DNA of 61,762 nucleotides, the filler included, from Choristocarpus tenellus KU-1152 (taxonomy: Eukaryota > Protista > Phaeophyceae): assembly GCA_964200185.2 (NCBI GenBank). It is 13 parts of 13 records of this genome, joined end to end, with 100 filler letters (N's around TTAATTAATTAA, not from the genome) between each part and the next. Parts side by side here need not be neighbours in the genome. Positions count along the whole stretch, not along the records: positions 13,125 to 15,859 come from CAXNAD020025197.1; positions 15,960 to 20,986 come from CAXNAD020012121.1; positions 21,087 to 25,351 come from CAXNAD020015407.1; positions 25,452 to 28,579 come from CAXNAD020022122.1; 9 more parts are not named here. One strand, written 5' to 3'. This document shows, in pieces, positions 14,100 through 26,748 of the stretch. The notes below the pieces were generated by a model. It saw only the letters and a program-made list of their open reading frames with translations. It ran no database searches and had not been told where the DNA came from. Position 1 is the first letter of the stretch. Each line of letters opens with the position of its first letter. The translations under genes and the position numbers were made by a program.

Positions 14100-15420
14100 T
14101 GCCGCATCTATCGGCGCATTCGGGGGTAGCTTGCCCGCCTTCTCAGCCTCTTCCTTGCTAAGATGGGGAATTTTGAAGATGTTGTCACCCTTGGACCCCA
14201 GCACTTCACCATAGACTGCGAAGAGGCTCTGCCAGACGCACTCTAGTGTCTCCTGGAGGTACACATCGAATGTCTCCATTGTGGCCTCCACCAGCTCCTC
14301 TGTGTTGGTCACCCCCATGACTTCCTTCAATTGCTGGATGTAATGAAAGAATCCCAGGCCGTTGATGTTGAGGTCAGGTGAGATGACTGACTGGATCTCT
14401 ATGACAGTGTTGTCCCCCACTGCTCCTTGATTGCCTCCATGATCCCACTTGGTGGTTGGCTTTTCCCCGTTCTGTTAGATGAAGATGGTGTGTCCTTCCG
14501 GTCTAGGCATGCGGTCCTTGATTGCCGGGATGAGATACTCGATCATGAACTTCTTATACCCTCCCCGTCCACTGTTGCTTGCACAAGCACCTTAGTGCCC
14601 TTGGGGACCAGTGTTTGCTGGAGCACTGCGCGACCTTAGTTTCCACGATTGGCCAAATCCCGATTTTTCCATTGAACCACACTCCATTGGAGAGCTTCTT
14701 AGGGTGGGCCACAGCTTCAAGGAACATCATCTTTGTGACGTAATGCGTATTCTGTGCCATGGAGATTTGGGAGAGCCCTCAGTGGGTCGCAGGTACACAC
14801 CTTGCCCATATTTGAGGACGTTAAACCACTTCTTGTCCACATGCACCCAGTCATATAGACTATCAATTAATACCCCACTTCCTCCTCCTGTGCGTGTGGC
14901 TGACGACGAAACCCACCCAGTTGCTTTTCTGCTGGTCTGAGAGGACTGGCTTAAACCACCGCTTGACATTCTTGACCTTCTCGCGCTTGCCCAGATCCCA
15001 CAACAAGGCAAGGGAGACCACACCTTTGGCCACCCATTTGTGGAAGCATGCACAGTGTACCAATGGGACATCCAAAACGTTGAGGATACTTGTACGGCTG
15101 CCGCATTACCCCTTGCAACGTCAGCAAGGTCCCTGCATTCTTTTACCTCATACTCCTTCAGGTGAATGAACATAATGATTCGAGAAATTCCAAAGTCCTC
15201 CTTGATGACTGTTGCCATCCACTGAGGCATCCAAGTCTCATGTGCCCTCTCGCTTCCAGGCATTATGCCACCGCGATGCTCTTCGAGGAATTGGGACTGA
15301 TGGGTGATAACAGGATGAGCGAGCTGCTCAAACCACGTGGGGCCTCTGCCTTAAGCATCCCAATAATCACCTGCTTTGACAGTTTCACAAGTTTCTTTCT
15401 TGATCTCATCAAATGTGACT
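14100..15420 (-). pseudogene. Tc1/mariner transposase pseudogene, DD39D (plant/oomycete mariner-like) type
   Basis: Motifs spread over several frames: WVHVDKKWF (canonical DEKWF), TKMMFLEAVAHP..WFNGKIGIWP, IFI*QNGEKP (QQDxAxPH), SPDLNINGLGFF (SPDLNVLDLGFF) and GDNIFKIPHLSK. Frameshifted, and the 2nd and 3rd catalytic Asp are mutated. Confidence 0.88.
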
Positions 15421-18400
15421 TGGTCGACTTTGCACTGGTGATCCTCCACAGTCACGACAGCCCACCAATTCAAACTTTGCACGCCTCCCAATCTATATGA
15501 AATCTAAGTCTCGTTGAGAGGGTTTATCACGTGGGTCGTGTTGAGGCGAGAACGGAGTTTTCAGAAGTTATCTTACATTTAATTCTGAATGGAGGAAGTA
15601 CACAAAATACGAGTTGGTCATTTTGGTCAATTGCTTCCTACTACTGTGTAAGGTGCTAGTAGTAGTTAATGTAGTAGTGTATCAATAGTAGACAGCATCG
15701 ATCACACTCACTTGAGTATACATCATCCAAAATCAGTCAATGCACCAATGCACACTTATATTCTTATCATTACCACCACCACAGCTTCCTGCAGTGTGTG
15801 GGGGGCGACAATGATTTCGTTTGATCGTCGTGTACATGTATGCCCTGCGTTGGCTTGCTNNNNNNNNNNNNNNNNNNNNNNNNNNNNNNNNNNNNNNNNN
15901 NNNTTAATTAATTAANNNNNNNNNNNNNNNNNNNNNNNNNNNNNNNNNNNNNNNNNNNNGTTTTTTTTTTTTTTTTAATTTTTTTTTTTACCTCCTTTCC
16001 TCCAGAACTCTTTTCCCCCCCCCCCCGTTTTTTTCCCCCCCCCCCCCCCCCCCCCACTTTTGTTGAAAAAGGACTACTATTCCCGAGGAACAAAAGGAAA
16101 GTCGCCAACCTCCATGAGCAGCAGTAGCAGAAGTCATAGGCACTGATACCTAGCAGGAGTAGGTGTGGGGGCTGTGAGGGTGGCAGGAAGAGAGTTTAAG
16201 TGGGATTTCTGTTGTGTTCAGGCGCGCGTTTGCTCTTTTATTCCTGTTGCTTTCCTCAGATGCTCTGTTGCTTGGACAAGTGGGTCAAAGCAGATCCTCG
16301 ATTATTTATCATGGACACGACACAATATGATAAGTGTCTTGGGACTTTACGTATGGGGTGGTATGCAATGTGGACAATTTGTGCTGGTAAAGCACCTCGA
16401 TCATACAAAGTGGTCCTGTCCACATGCCTCTACACCTCCGTACGAATTTTGTTGGAAAGGAACACCCCTATTAGCCAGCCTTTCTGTGGCAGGGCAGGGC
16501 AGGGCAGGGCAGGGCAGGGGCAGTAATTGTAGGATGAATAAAATGAAATCGCTTTCACTGGGCTGGACTTTATGCTTTGGGGGAGGTGGTGTACTTGGTT
16601 AGGGCGAATGCGAGACTTGAACCTGAGGAAGGTTTGGATGAGGGATGGAAGGGGGGGAGGAGGGGGCTTTTGTTGGAGATATCCATTGCTAGCTGATTCA
16701 AATGTGGTTGTTTTGGTTCTGTTGGTTTGCTTTATGTTGCCGGACTGTCTTTATGGATGGGGAATTTATTCAGTATATTTGGGAGGTTGCCACACATGAC
16801 CTTCACTCCTCCTGATCCCCTATGCCATTCTGTGTGTGCCTCTTTATATTTTATTCCACTTGCCTCCTTGTTCTCTTCATGTAACATGTGTCTTGTGTGT
16901 GTATGTAAATGTGTTTTTTGAGTTTTTGATAGGTGGTGCGTTAGTGTTTGTTTCGTGGAACGTTTTTTGTCTTTTTTGCATGTGTGTGTTTCACCCGCTA
17001 AGGTATTGTAGCAGGGGTCAAATATTAGCTTGTGGCCGTCTTTGTGGGTTGCATGCCTTGGCAAGAGCCGGGCCCTCCCCCCCCCCCCTCCTGTTCTTGT
17101 TTTTTAATTTGTGCGGATAATCTTTGCAAGAGCGCCCACCAGACGCAATAGGAGGGGGGGTAGATAACAATCAAGTATTATGTAATGTGGTGGGATGGGA
17201 GGGGGGGGGTGGGGATTTAATGTGGCGGCGGAGAGTGCCTAGCTGTGTGCTTTTTTTGAGTGTGCCTGGGTGAAGTGTACAGCCGTGTGAGGGTAGTGCC
17301 TTAGTGTTTTCAGTTGGAGGGGCCAAAAATGGTTGTTTGGTGTAGATGGAAGTAGGGTGGTTTGTTCAAGTGGAGGAAGCGCACCATGAGGATGGAAACC
17401 GTACCTATAGTGCTAGAGTAGCAAGGAGAAATAAAATATTATGAATGTGTGCTTTGATTAGTTTCTAACGTATCTTTTTTTTTTGCCATGGTTACTGTTC
17501 ATGTACTTGTTGCATATTAGACTCGACTAACTGGTGATAATCTGTGGAATGTTTCGAAGAAGGGAAGCGCACACGATAGGATCATGAGCAATTGCGTTTT
17601 TTAAATACATACAGTACAGTTACAAGTAGGCATAGCAAGTTCATTCACGTGAGTGAGTACAAAGGTACCAGCAAACACACTCCACAATATACTGTTCTTC
17701 TGTTCCTCTTTATTGCAAAAAAGTGTGTTAAGCATTTATAAGAAGAGTTAAACAAGGGTACTCAGGTGTGAAAAATATCTGACGATGACGATACAATTGC
17801 ACCGCTTTCCGATTGGACAATGTCCTTTCTCGTTCTGTGCGACATACACAACTATTTCGTTGGAGAACCTAGAATTCGAGGGTTGCACTCTGAAGTATTG
17901 TCTCTTTTCAACAGCTATTATGTAGATTTTTGTCCAAACCCCGACTGTTCAGCATGTATTTTGTACCATGTGTCGCTACAATTGACTGTCTTTAGTCTAT
18001 GATGCGATCAGTGACTCTGTCTCATGGTAGGCATGGAGTCCTTGGTAAGTATCATGCATAAAGCTATGCATACATGCATATTGCATATGAAGTACATGCA
18101 TATTGCAGATCCGTGATTAGTGATAATACTTTCACATCATATATTTGATCTAGGTCCAGTAAGTACAGTAGTAGTACAATTCATTTATTTCGATTAATGC
18201 ATACATATATTGTGCTGTATACCCAATAGACATGACAAATAATGTATACATACTTGTTTGGAGGTCCATCTTCTGCACACTCTGAAGTAGCAACCAAAGA
18301 GAGTGTAGTAGTTGCTTGAATTCATCCTTGTGCGCAAGAGGGAAAGGTTGATATGTACCTAGCTCTCAAGAATCTGCCAGGACCCTTCTTGCCCATGTGG

Positions 18401-18917
18401 TCGGGTTCTCTAGCTTGAAACGTATGATGCGTCTAGAGAGAGCCACTTGCTGTGCAGTGATGTACACTATCTGTCTCAAATGAGACTTGGCAGCCCCTTT
18501 CCTGCATCACACCCCACCCAGCCCCTCTCTCCCCTTCACTACTGAGTCAAAGTAAAGGAGCGGTACCCAGTTTTTTTTTGTTTTCATTTAATGCCACCTT
18601 TTTCATCGTCTGTAATTTACCCATATTTCTATGGATAAAGTACTAAGATTGATTTGAAAGCGTTGATTTCTCTACTGTTCAACAGAATTCAGAATATTCA
18701 CTATGCGAATTTGTACAAAAAGTCGAAATTTGCACGTCTTTGTCAGCATCCTTAAAATGCAACCCTGGTACCTCTCGCTCACTACTACTACTACTACTAT
18801 TATCCAGTACTACTACTACTACTACTATCATGCAATCATATGGTTGTACATATAATGCGTACCTACCTCTCTCCAAAAATGCAAACAAACGTTGAAGATG
18901 ATAACAGGATCTTTGTC

Positions 18918-19820
18918 CTTTTGGTTTGGTTTTTCCGGGACACATCTTCAAAATGTTAGAGGGCATAATAATATAAAGATGATACGTATTTCGTAGTATT
19001 ATATTAATTCGATGTGTGTCTTATCTACGTTTCAAAGTGTATGTGATGTACAGACCCCTTTCTATGAGCTGATCTCAGTCCAATCTACATCCGCGCGCAC
19101 ACTCAAGTGCATTGCGCACACATTTCTTTGTCATAGGTGATGTTCCCATCAACATCAAACAGAGAGAACTCTTGAGAATTCTCTGACCACTTCCCGTTGA
19201 AGGTCACAAAGATGTGACGTAACCCATCGGATCTGAGATTCCATTCAAACTTCTCTGAAGATTTGATGGCTGAGAGAGCTTTGGGTTTGCTGAAAGCACC
19301 CCACCGTGACACAACTAGTGATTCTGAACACCCCCCACGACTGATTGGACCCTGTCTCACGACATGTATAATAATTGTGATGATTGACGAATAATTCTAG
19401 TAGTAGTAGTAGTAGCAAAATAATTAATAGATGATAGAAAGATGTCTTTCTCATTTACGACAACTGTTACTTTTTCAGGCGTTGTTCTGACATTTGAATG
19501 GTTTTTCCCCTGACACACCTGGAAAATGCTAAAGAAGGGCATAATAAGAATATATATTTCAAGTATAATATACTTCACAATACTTTGAAGTAATATACTC
19601 AATGTTTTATATATATTACTATCCCTTGTGTATACTACTTGCCAGTTTGCATTTTGCGTTTTTTTACTTTGAGTGTATCACTGGATGGTACATTTATGGT
19701 AAGTGTACTCTGGTGCCGCACGGTTATGTTATGGTTATGAAGAACTGGACAATATACTAGTTTTCATTTGTTTCCCCTTAGACGCGTCTATCTGGAAAAT
19801 GTCAGAGGGCATAATAGCAT
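18918..19820 (+). mobile_element. Cluster of three CRE-like 3'-end relics (about 18918-18976, 19400-19550, 19760-19820)
   Basis: Each ends in a variant of GACACATCT..AAAATG(T/C)..AGAGGGCATAATA. The middle copy carries about 100 nt more of the 3' UTR seen at 23563-23830. Confidence 0.7.
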
Positions 19821-21086
19821 ATATATATATTATATAGTGTTGTAATACGTATGGTCATATTGTAGTAATAGAAAACAATCTGGACGGTAGGATTCATTCA
19901 TCAGGAGATTAATTAGTACCCAGTCATCACAGTGTACAGTTGGGGAATTCTGATGGTTGTGCACAGTTTTCCAATATATCCCCAGCTAGCTGGTTGCCAA
20001 TATTCGGTCGTACATTTCCGAAGGTAGGGTTACCGTTGAGATGATTTTATGCTGTTGCTGACAATGGTGAAAGCTTCGCTTCCTTATTATTATGATAGGA
20101 AATTTACGCTGTAGTAAGGAATTCTTTAGCGGTGTCGATATATTAAAGTACCTATTATATGCAGCAGCTGAAGAAATGCTTTATCCAGAGAATTGTCCAG
20201 TGAGTGCCTGGAGAAGAATTATTTGTGAACGCAGGGGGGCATATATACATAGAAGTCGGGCACACATTAAATCTGGGTGGTATTGCTCGAATCTGAATGC
20301 TGTATGGTAAATATTTGTGCCTTACCTTTATCCAGCTTTAGCACTTTGTACCTTCAGACCAAACTACATCACACACAACAAGTATACGATAAGTTTTGGT
20401 CAGTGATAAGGCATGTATGTGTAACCTCTTTTGTCACATTTTGTATAGAAATATCCTTGACTAATTGCAACCTCCCTTTCTTTCAATACCTTCACAGATA
20501 TTGTGTAAATTTCCACGACTACATGCATGCACGAACCATTATGTGAACAAAAACACAAAAAAAGGGATAGGACAGCAGAATTGTTATTAAAAGAGGGCAC
20601 ACTGTGGAGCCAAATCAATTGAGAGGTAGGCAGGTTTAGACCCTTTTGCTTTCCAAGCCATCTTTCTTATCCTGTGCAATACACTCTGTTTCATTGCTTC
20701 ATGCGCACAATAGTGGACGCTATATAGATATTCCCCCTTTACACACACAAAGTGACACGAAAATTCAGCAAAGGCCCTTCTGCAATTTTACAAAATGACA
20801 TATTTTTGCCCCTTTCTCGGGATCCTTTCAAATTCAACCCCGCCTACCTCTCAGTTGATTCGACTCAACAACAAACAACACATACATGGTCGCACACAAC
20901 AAAACGGAAGCAGTAAACGCCATTCTACTTGGTACAGTTATTTTCTATTCCGCTGCTACTATCTTGGGACTCAAAGTATCTGGGGGNNNNNNNNNNNNNN
21001 NNNNNNNNNNNNNNNNNNNNNNNNNNNNNNTTAATTAATTAANNNNNNNNNNNNNNNNNNNNNNNNNNNNNNNNNNNNNNNNNNNN

Positions 21087-21329
21087 GGGTACGAGTTTTT
21101 CCCTGTTTGTCCATTTGGGGCTTGGCTTCCCATGTTTTTTTTTATGACGTTTTCCTACTCCAAAATGTTTCGGAGTAGGTAAAATGCATACGTTATGAAA
21201 AGGTGTGTCTGGAACAAGGATATTGACACTTAACAAAAATGATAGCCAAAATTACATCAAAATCGCAACATCGGATTTTGGCCCCCAAATGGACACGACT
21301 TTACCCTCTAAGATACTTTGGCCTGACTC
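21087..21329 (-). mobile_element. MITE family A copy, truncated by contig start
   Basis: Ends TACCCTCTAAGATACTTTG. Contains the internal CCTACTCCAAAATGTTTCGGAGTAGG hairpin. Confidence 0.8.
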
Positions 21330-22165
21330 GTGGTCAAGATTTCACCAAAGGTCCTGCAAGACATGACAAGTCGCAGGTGGTCTACCTGGAGCATGAGTGA
21401 TAGCATTTTCTACCTGAAGAAGGCTGTAAGTGTCCATGACGCTAATGGTGGTTTAAACTCATGCCCAGCACCGCTTGACTGGGACAACCTGTTGATCATG
21501 AGGGGTATGACCAAGCCGATGATCAAGGGGTAGGAGAAGATGGGATCATTGGTCAGTTCTCTTGTTTCACATAATTGAAGTTACGTGTGTTAAATTGCGG
21601 TGCCCCTCACTGGTCCGGTAGCCTATCTTCTTGTGGCTGTGCTGCTAACAGGCCACGTGTGACCCAAAACTTGACTGACTGCCATGCTAGCCATGTCCTT
21701 GCGGATATGTATGTATGGGGTGTTCGTACTGTGTTCATGACCAGCACACTGTTAAGTCAGCATGCATATGTTAACCATGTTTCCGGTATTACTTCGTAAA
21801 TGATGAAAAGAAGTGATTGGGTATCTGTTTGTTGTCGTTGAAACTTAGCGTTTTCTTTGCTTTGATGTGTAATCGATGTCAACACCATACCCCTTGAAGT
21901 TATAGGAGCATTTGCCAAGCAATCTCTACTTTTCATTTTTGTCCATTTTGTATTTAGCTTTTATGAGAACAACAGACTACGAGTTTCAGTACTATGTTGA
22001 TTTCGTGCACTGTCCCTGTGATGATCACTTGCTAACCTATCTACTGTTGTCATTGTACAGTAGTTCCTTGCTTATACTAGAAAACTGAACTCCAAAAAAA
22101 ATCCCCGAGTTCAACTGTCCTCATCCCCCATTTACCATTGACACGACCGCTATGGTGATTAACAG

Positions 22166-22630
22166 TTGGACCCTCCTGAGGAATCTGAGGATGAAACAAT
22201 CCAGGCAGGTGATGTGGATGCAGAAGATGCTGAGGAGCGCTCAATGAGAGCTATGGGCCAATGCCTGAATGCCACTCAGCAACTGATAGACTTTGCACAG
22301 CAGCAGTCAAAAGAGGGTTTGCGGCCCATAGTGCTGTTGATGCAAGGTAACCCATTTAGGAAGGGGGATGCACGGGGTAAATGGATGGATGAGCTCCATG
22401 CCCGACGCCTTGATGTCTTGCACAATGGGCAGATCCACTTCAATAAGGGAAACTCCACTGGGGGACCGTACATGTTGGAAGACACTGCATGCATATTTAA
22501 AAAACTCGAGTGCAAGAGGACAAAAAAATCAATGCACTTCTTTGAGCCTGTGAAGATGATGCAAGCGAAGATGCTCTGGCACATCATGGCCATAATTGCG
22601 GATGGCCTGGACTCTGGACACAGTCAATGA
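22166..22630 (+). CDS. Unknown 154-codon ORF, possible terminal exon
   Basis: Long open frame with protein-like composition starting directly after ttaacAG|. No family recognised, and it could be TE-derived. Confidence 0.35.
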   Translation: MDPPEESEDETIQAGDVDAEDAEERSMRAMGQCLNATQQLIDFAQQQSKEGLRPIVLLMQGNPFRKGDARGKWMDELHARRLDVLHNGQIHFNKGNSTGGPYMLEDTACIFKKLECKRTKKSMHFFEPVKMMQAKMLWHIMAIIADGLDSGHSQ

Positions 22631-22924
22631 TACTTCAAAGTATGAAGTACTGAGTAGATAGCAAAGCCTATGGATATTTTCATGTTAGGGAGAAAGGTTA
22701 CACTGACAAAATAGATGTACTCCAGAGTAGTTGAATAAATGCTTCTCCCAGCAGTTTCCATACTCGTCCCAATTCCTATCCTGTGCTATTTTAGTTCTTT
22801 AAATGCATGTACTACTAGTGGAGCTCTATGGTATTTTAGTTGCTGGCACACATTTATTACTAGAGGAGATCAATGGATTTGTGAATACCAACTACATTGA
22901 ACTGGACGATTGTATAATATTTGT

Positions 22925-23830
22925 GGGATGCTCCCCTAGCTCCTCGCCTGTATTGTAGGCCTAAGCTAGGTTGGAGGCACAGTAGGGGAGCGGTGTAGCA
23001 TATCTGGTAGTCAAATACTAAATAGATTTTGGAGAGATATCTTTCATATTTATGACAACTGTTGCTTTTACACGAGTTCTTTTGATATTGAATCGGTTTT
23101 TACCTGGACACTTCTCCAAAATGTCAAGAGGGCATAATAATATAACTGTACTACTACTACTACTACTACTACTACTAGTGTACGTATGAGAACCTATATT
23201 TGGCAACATTATATGTTCTTCAAAAACACTTTGTTGAGATAGCAATAGGATGGGCAGGCGTACAAGTCAGTACTGACCAGAAAGCACAACAGGAGCTGAG
23301 CTCATGCTCCGTCCAATACGAATGCACTTGTGTTTTGGCACATGTGTTATCGAAAAACTAGCGCTATAATTACGTTGTGTGTGCTGATACACACATATAA
23401 CAACAGAGTTTAAAGTGCGTTCACATTGTTTTTTCCCCTGACACATCTCCAAAATGTCAGAGAGCATAATAATAATAATATGCACGTTTATCTTTAGTTT
23501 GGTACAATACAGAGTAGTAACGTACGTAATGGTATAATGAGTCAGTCTGCCCATATATTTTTATAATTATGCCGCTGACATTCTGCAGATATGTCAGGGG
23601 AAAAAACAATGGAAAATATTTTAATCGTCAGGACAACCCCTGAAAAGTAACAGTTGTTGTAAATGTGAACGACACTTTTCTATAATCTATTTACAATTTT
23701 ACTACCAGCTTACACCACTGTATTTTAATCGTCAGGACAACCCCTGAAAAGTAACAGTTGTTGTAAATGTGAACGACACTTTTCTATAATCTATTTACAA
23801 TTTTACTACCAGCTTACACCACTGCCCTCC
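22925..23830. mobile_element. Cluster of three CRE-like 3'-end relics: 22925-23145 (+), 23420-23480 (+), 23563-23830 (-)
   Basis: The first copy extends back to GGGATGCTCCCCTAGCTCC, matching the end of the RLE ORF at about 32650-32690. All three carry the GACA..TGTC hairpin and a TAA tail. Confidence 0.75.
23617..23824. repeat. Perfect 104-bp tandem duplication inside a CRE-like 3' UTR relic
   Basis: TATTTTAATCGTCAGG...TACACCACTG occurs at 23617 and 23721. Confidence 0.95.
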
Positions 23831-24565
23831 TCCTGTTAAAACAAAGGCTACTCATCTGCTTTTCCTTGATATGATAGAGTTCCACCAGTCAACACTGACT
23901 GTTGATTGGTCTGTTACACACTGGTCGTTACTATCACTAGTTCATCATTACCACATCAATTACCATCATAACACTGCAGTACAGAACAGTCGCTCTGCAT
24001 TCTACACACAGGAATAGTATGCGTCACTTGAGTTGCATCTCACATATTGATTCAAGTTTGTTCTGTTATTCTGTTCTTTGTTCTTTTTTCTCTTTTTTAT
24101 TTTTATCAGCAGAAGGTGACAGTTGACAGGTGTACGTTAATTGTTGATTATTATTTCTTTCGTGGTTGTCATTGATCCCACAAAATGCACCAAGCTCACT
24201 CTGCAATAAGTGTACCTAATGCACACCTGGATGTTATATAATCTATCAATTAAAACCATCTGCGGAAACCCTTGCCAGCCAAGGTAACAAGCCTCTCCAC
24301 AGAGCATGGACTTCTTTCGTTGAGTATCTCATGAAAGAACNNNNNNNNNNAACACTGAATTCACATCACATCATTCTTGACTGAGAGATCAATGACCTCA
24401 GTTACAACAGAATAAATACATCGGTGCTTTGCAGCACAATCACATCTATCCACAACACAGACTACGTATATTACTCATCGGTGCTTTGCAACACCATGAT
24501 CCCTCATCGCTCGTAGTCTATGCATTTTGCCAACCTGTACGATTCATTTGGTTCAGGTTTCAACA

Positions 24566-24575
24566 GGTTATGAGC
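24566..24575 (+). promoter_or_regulatory. Copia primer-binding site for an internal tRNA-iMet fragment
   Basis: LTR-like end ...TTCAACA at 24565 is followed immediately by GGTTATGAGC, complementary to the iMet anticodon arm (GCUCAUAACC). It lies about 93 nt before the gag ATG. Confidence 0.75.
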
Positions 24576-24668
24576 TTCAACTCTTGATCGACACATACTA
24601 CACCCAATCTGCTCGACCTTGTCTTGTACTCCCCCCTCCATCCCACCAGATAACATCAAACTCTCGCC

Positions 24669-25290
24669 ATGGAAGGCGCACTGAAAATCCCTATCTTCAC
24701 TGGCGATGACTCCTCCTGGGACGCCTTCAAACTTGACTTCGTGGGCATCCTGAGCTGTGTTGCACCTCGGGCCCATAAAGTTCTGGTCCAGCGCTCACTA
24801 CACCCTCCCACCACCATCTCACCCACCACCACCTACGAAGAAGACAACGACCAGCTATTCGGCATACTCCTTGCTACCCGCTGTGGATCTGCCAAAGACC
24901 TCCTTCATGGACTGCAACAGCGAGATGAGACTCGCCTCAACGATGACCTGTCAGCATGGCAAGCCTTAGTTTAGAAGTACGAAGCAGCCATGGAGAAACA
25001 GATGCGTGCTGTTCACCATCGTTTCGAGCACTGCACCATGGACGCTGGCGAGGATCCTGATCAGTGGCTTCTGCGCCTATACAAGGCCAAAGCTAAGCTG
25101 GAGGGGTTTGGAGAAACGATCAATGATTTTCGCCTGCGGGTTGCAATCATCTCTGGCCTTTCGCCGGATTACAATGCACTTCGCAGGCAAGTTCGCTTCC
25201 AGTCGGACTACTCTACTGAGGATCTCATTACAGCAATTCAAGCTACCTACAACAATGAACTTAACTTTGCTTATTCCTCTACAGACGGTG
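24669..25290 (+). pseudogene. Ty1/Copia gag (UBN2-type) with one in-frame stop, truncated
   Basis: IPIFTGDDSSWDAFK...AWQALV*KYE...CTMDAGEDPDQWLLRL...AIISGLSPDY. Both annotated ORFs are in one frame, separated by TAG at 24972-24974. Confidence 0.85.
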
Positions 25291-25451
25291 CCTCCTGTTC
25301 GATTAGACTCTTCCAACTCTATCGGACAGTTACGGTAAATTATTTATGGAGNNNNNNNNNNNNNNNNNNNNNNNNNNNNNNNNNNNNNNNNNNNNTTAAT
25401 TAATTAANNNNNNNNNNNNNNNNNNNNNNNNNNNNNNNNNNNNNNNNNNNN

Positions 25452-25611
25452 ATGTCAATATCCTTGTTCCGGAGACTCCTTTCATAACGTATACATTTTA
25501 CATACTCCGAAACATTTTGGAGTAGGTAAAATGTCATTAAAAACCCGTGGGAAGCCAAGCCCCAAATGGACAATCAGGGAAAAACTCCTACCCTCTAAGA
25601 TACTTTCACTC
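25452..25611 (+). mobile_element. MITE family A, 3' part
   Basis: Internal hairpin plus terminal TACCCTCTAAGATACTTTCACTC. Confidence 0.8.
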
Positions 25612-26211
25612 ATCAAGTCCTGGGGTGGATTTACTGTTTGTCCGCATGAAGGCTGTGTGAAGGGGAGCCGGGGAGTATTTCCCCCCTAAGGGTTGTACTA
25701 TTGTCCTCTGGACCTCTCGTTTGTCACCACCTTCTCCTTGACCGCTATTACAGCGTTCCTAAGTGCACAGGGGTTTTCATGGGGTGCTAAGGGACCAGGA
25801 CCCCAAAAGTGGGATCAGTTCCTGGAGAGAGGGGTTGGTCTAGGAGGACCCCTGCTACCTTGGAGATGTCCCCATCTTGTTGACCAAGGGTAGCTGCCGA
25901 CTGTGTCTGGAGGCATTGTCATCTCCTTGTAGTTGCCGTCATCAACTTGCTCTCTGTGCCTGGTCGAGGAGTCACATGGTTAGGTCATTGGCAAACCCAT
26001 TTGCCACCATCGTGAAACGCTCTACGCCAGGAATCTCCGGTGGTTGCCCAGTAGGAGGCCAGAAATGAGGTCCAGAAGTTTGGAGGTTTTAGCAAGCCCA
26101 CGGGAAATTTTGACTCCCTCTCGGTTAGGGGCACTGGCTTCATGCAGGAAGAGGTAACAACATACGTGCATGAGAACATTGGCTTGTACTGTGCAGTGCC
26201 ATTTGGGGATG

Positions 26212-26748
26212 TGTTACAGGCGAATAGCGCGAGCGTTTCTTCTCGTGTTCTAGCAAGCGCGAGCAGTATACACACGTAAGGATTCTTGGGAGAGGAACTC
26301 TGATTTGCTAGAAAATGCAGAGTAAGATTTGTAATCCATGAGTAGTCTTACAGAATGAATACCGATTTGCTAGAAGTTGCAGAATAAGATTCGTAGCACA
26401 TAGGTGACCTTACAGAATGAATGGCGATTTCCTAGAAGTTACAGAAAAGATTTGTAAATAACAGCTTGCAGATGTCTTTCAACTTGTAGTCTGCAGAAAT
26501 TGGATGGCGCTAATATATAAAAGAGTGCTTTTGAGAGCCACTCAACGAACCTCTTTCACTCTCTTTTTTTGTCGAATAAAACATTATATGTCAAGCATTA
26601 ACCTAAGCACTGAGTGAAGCATCGAGAGAAGAGTGACTGACACCGCAAGTGGCTATCAACTGTGGAAATACGCCAGTAGCGTCGTTTAAAGGTCGTTGGA
26701 TTAGAGGTACACATGCTTTGGAGGTAAGTTCTGGAGCATGTTGTAACA
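26212..26748 (+). mobile_element. Solo LTR (537 bp), probably Gypsy-type
   Basis: TGTTACA...TGTAACA termini with 4-bp TSD GATG/GATG. TATATAA at about 26514, AATAAA at about 26575, and three tandem subrepeats of about 60 bp in U3 (26303-26460). Confidence 0.88.
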
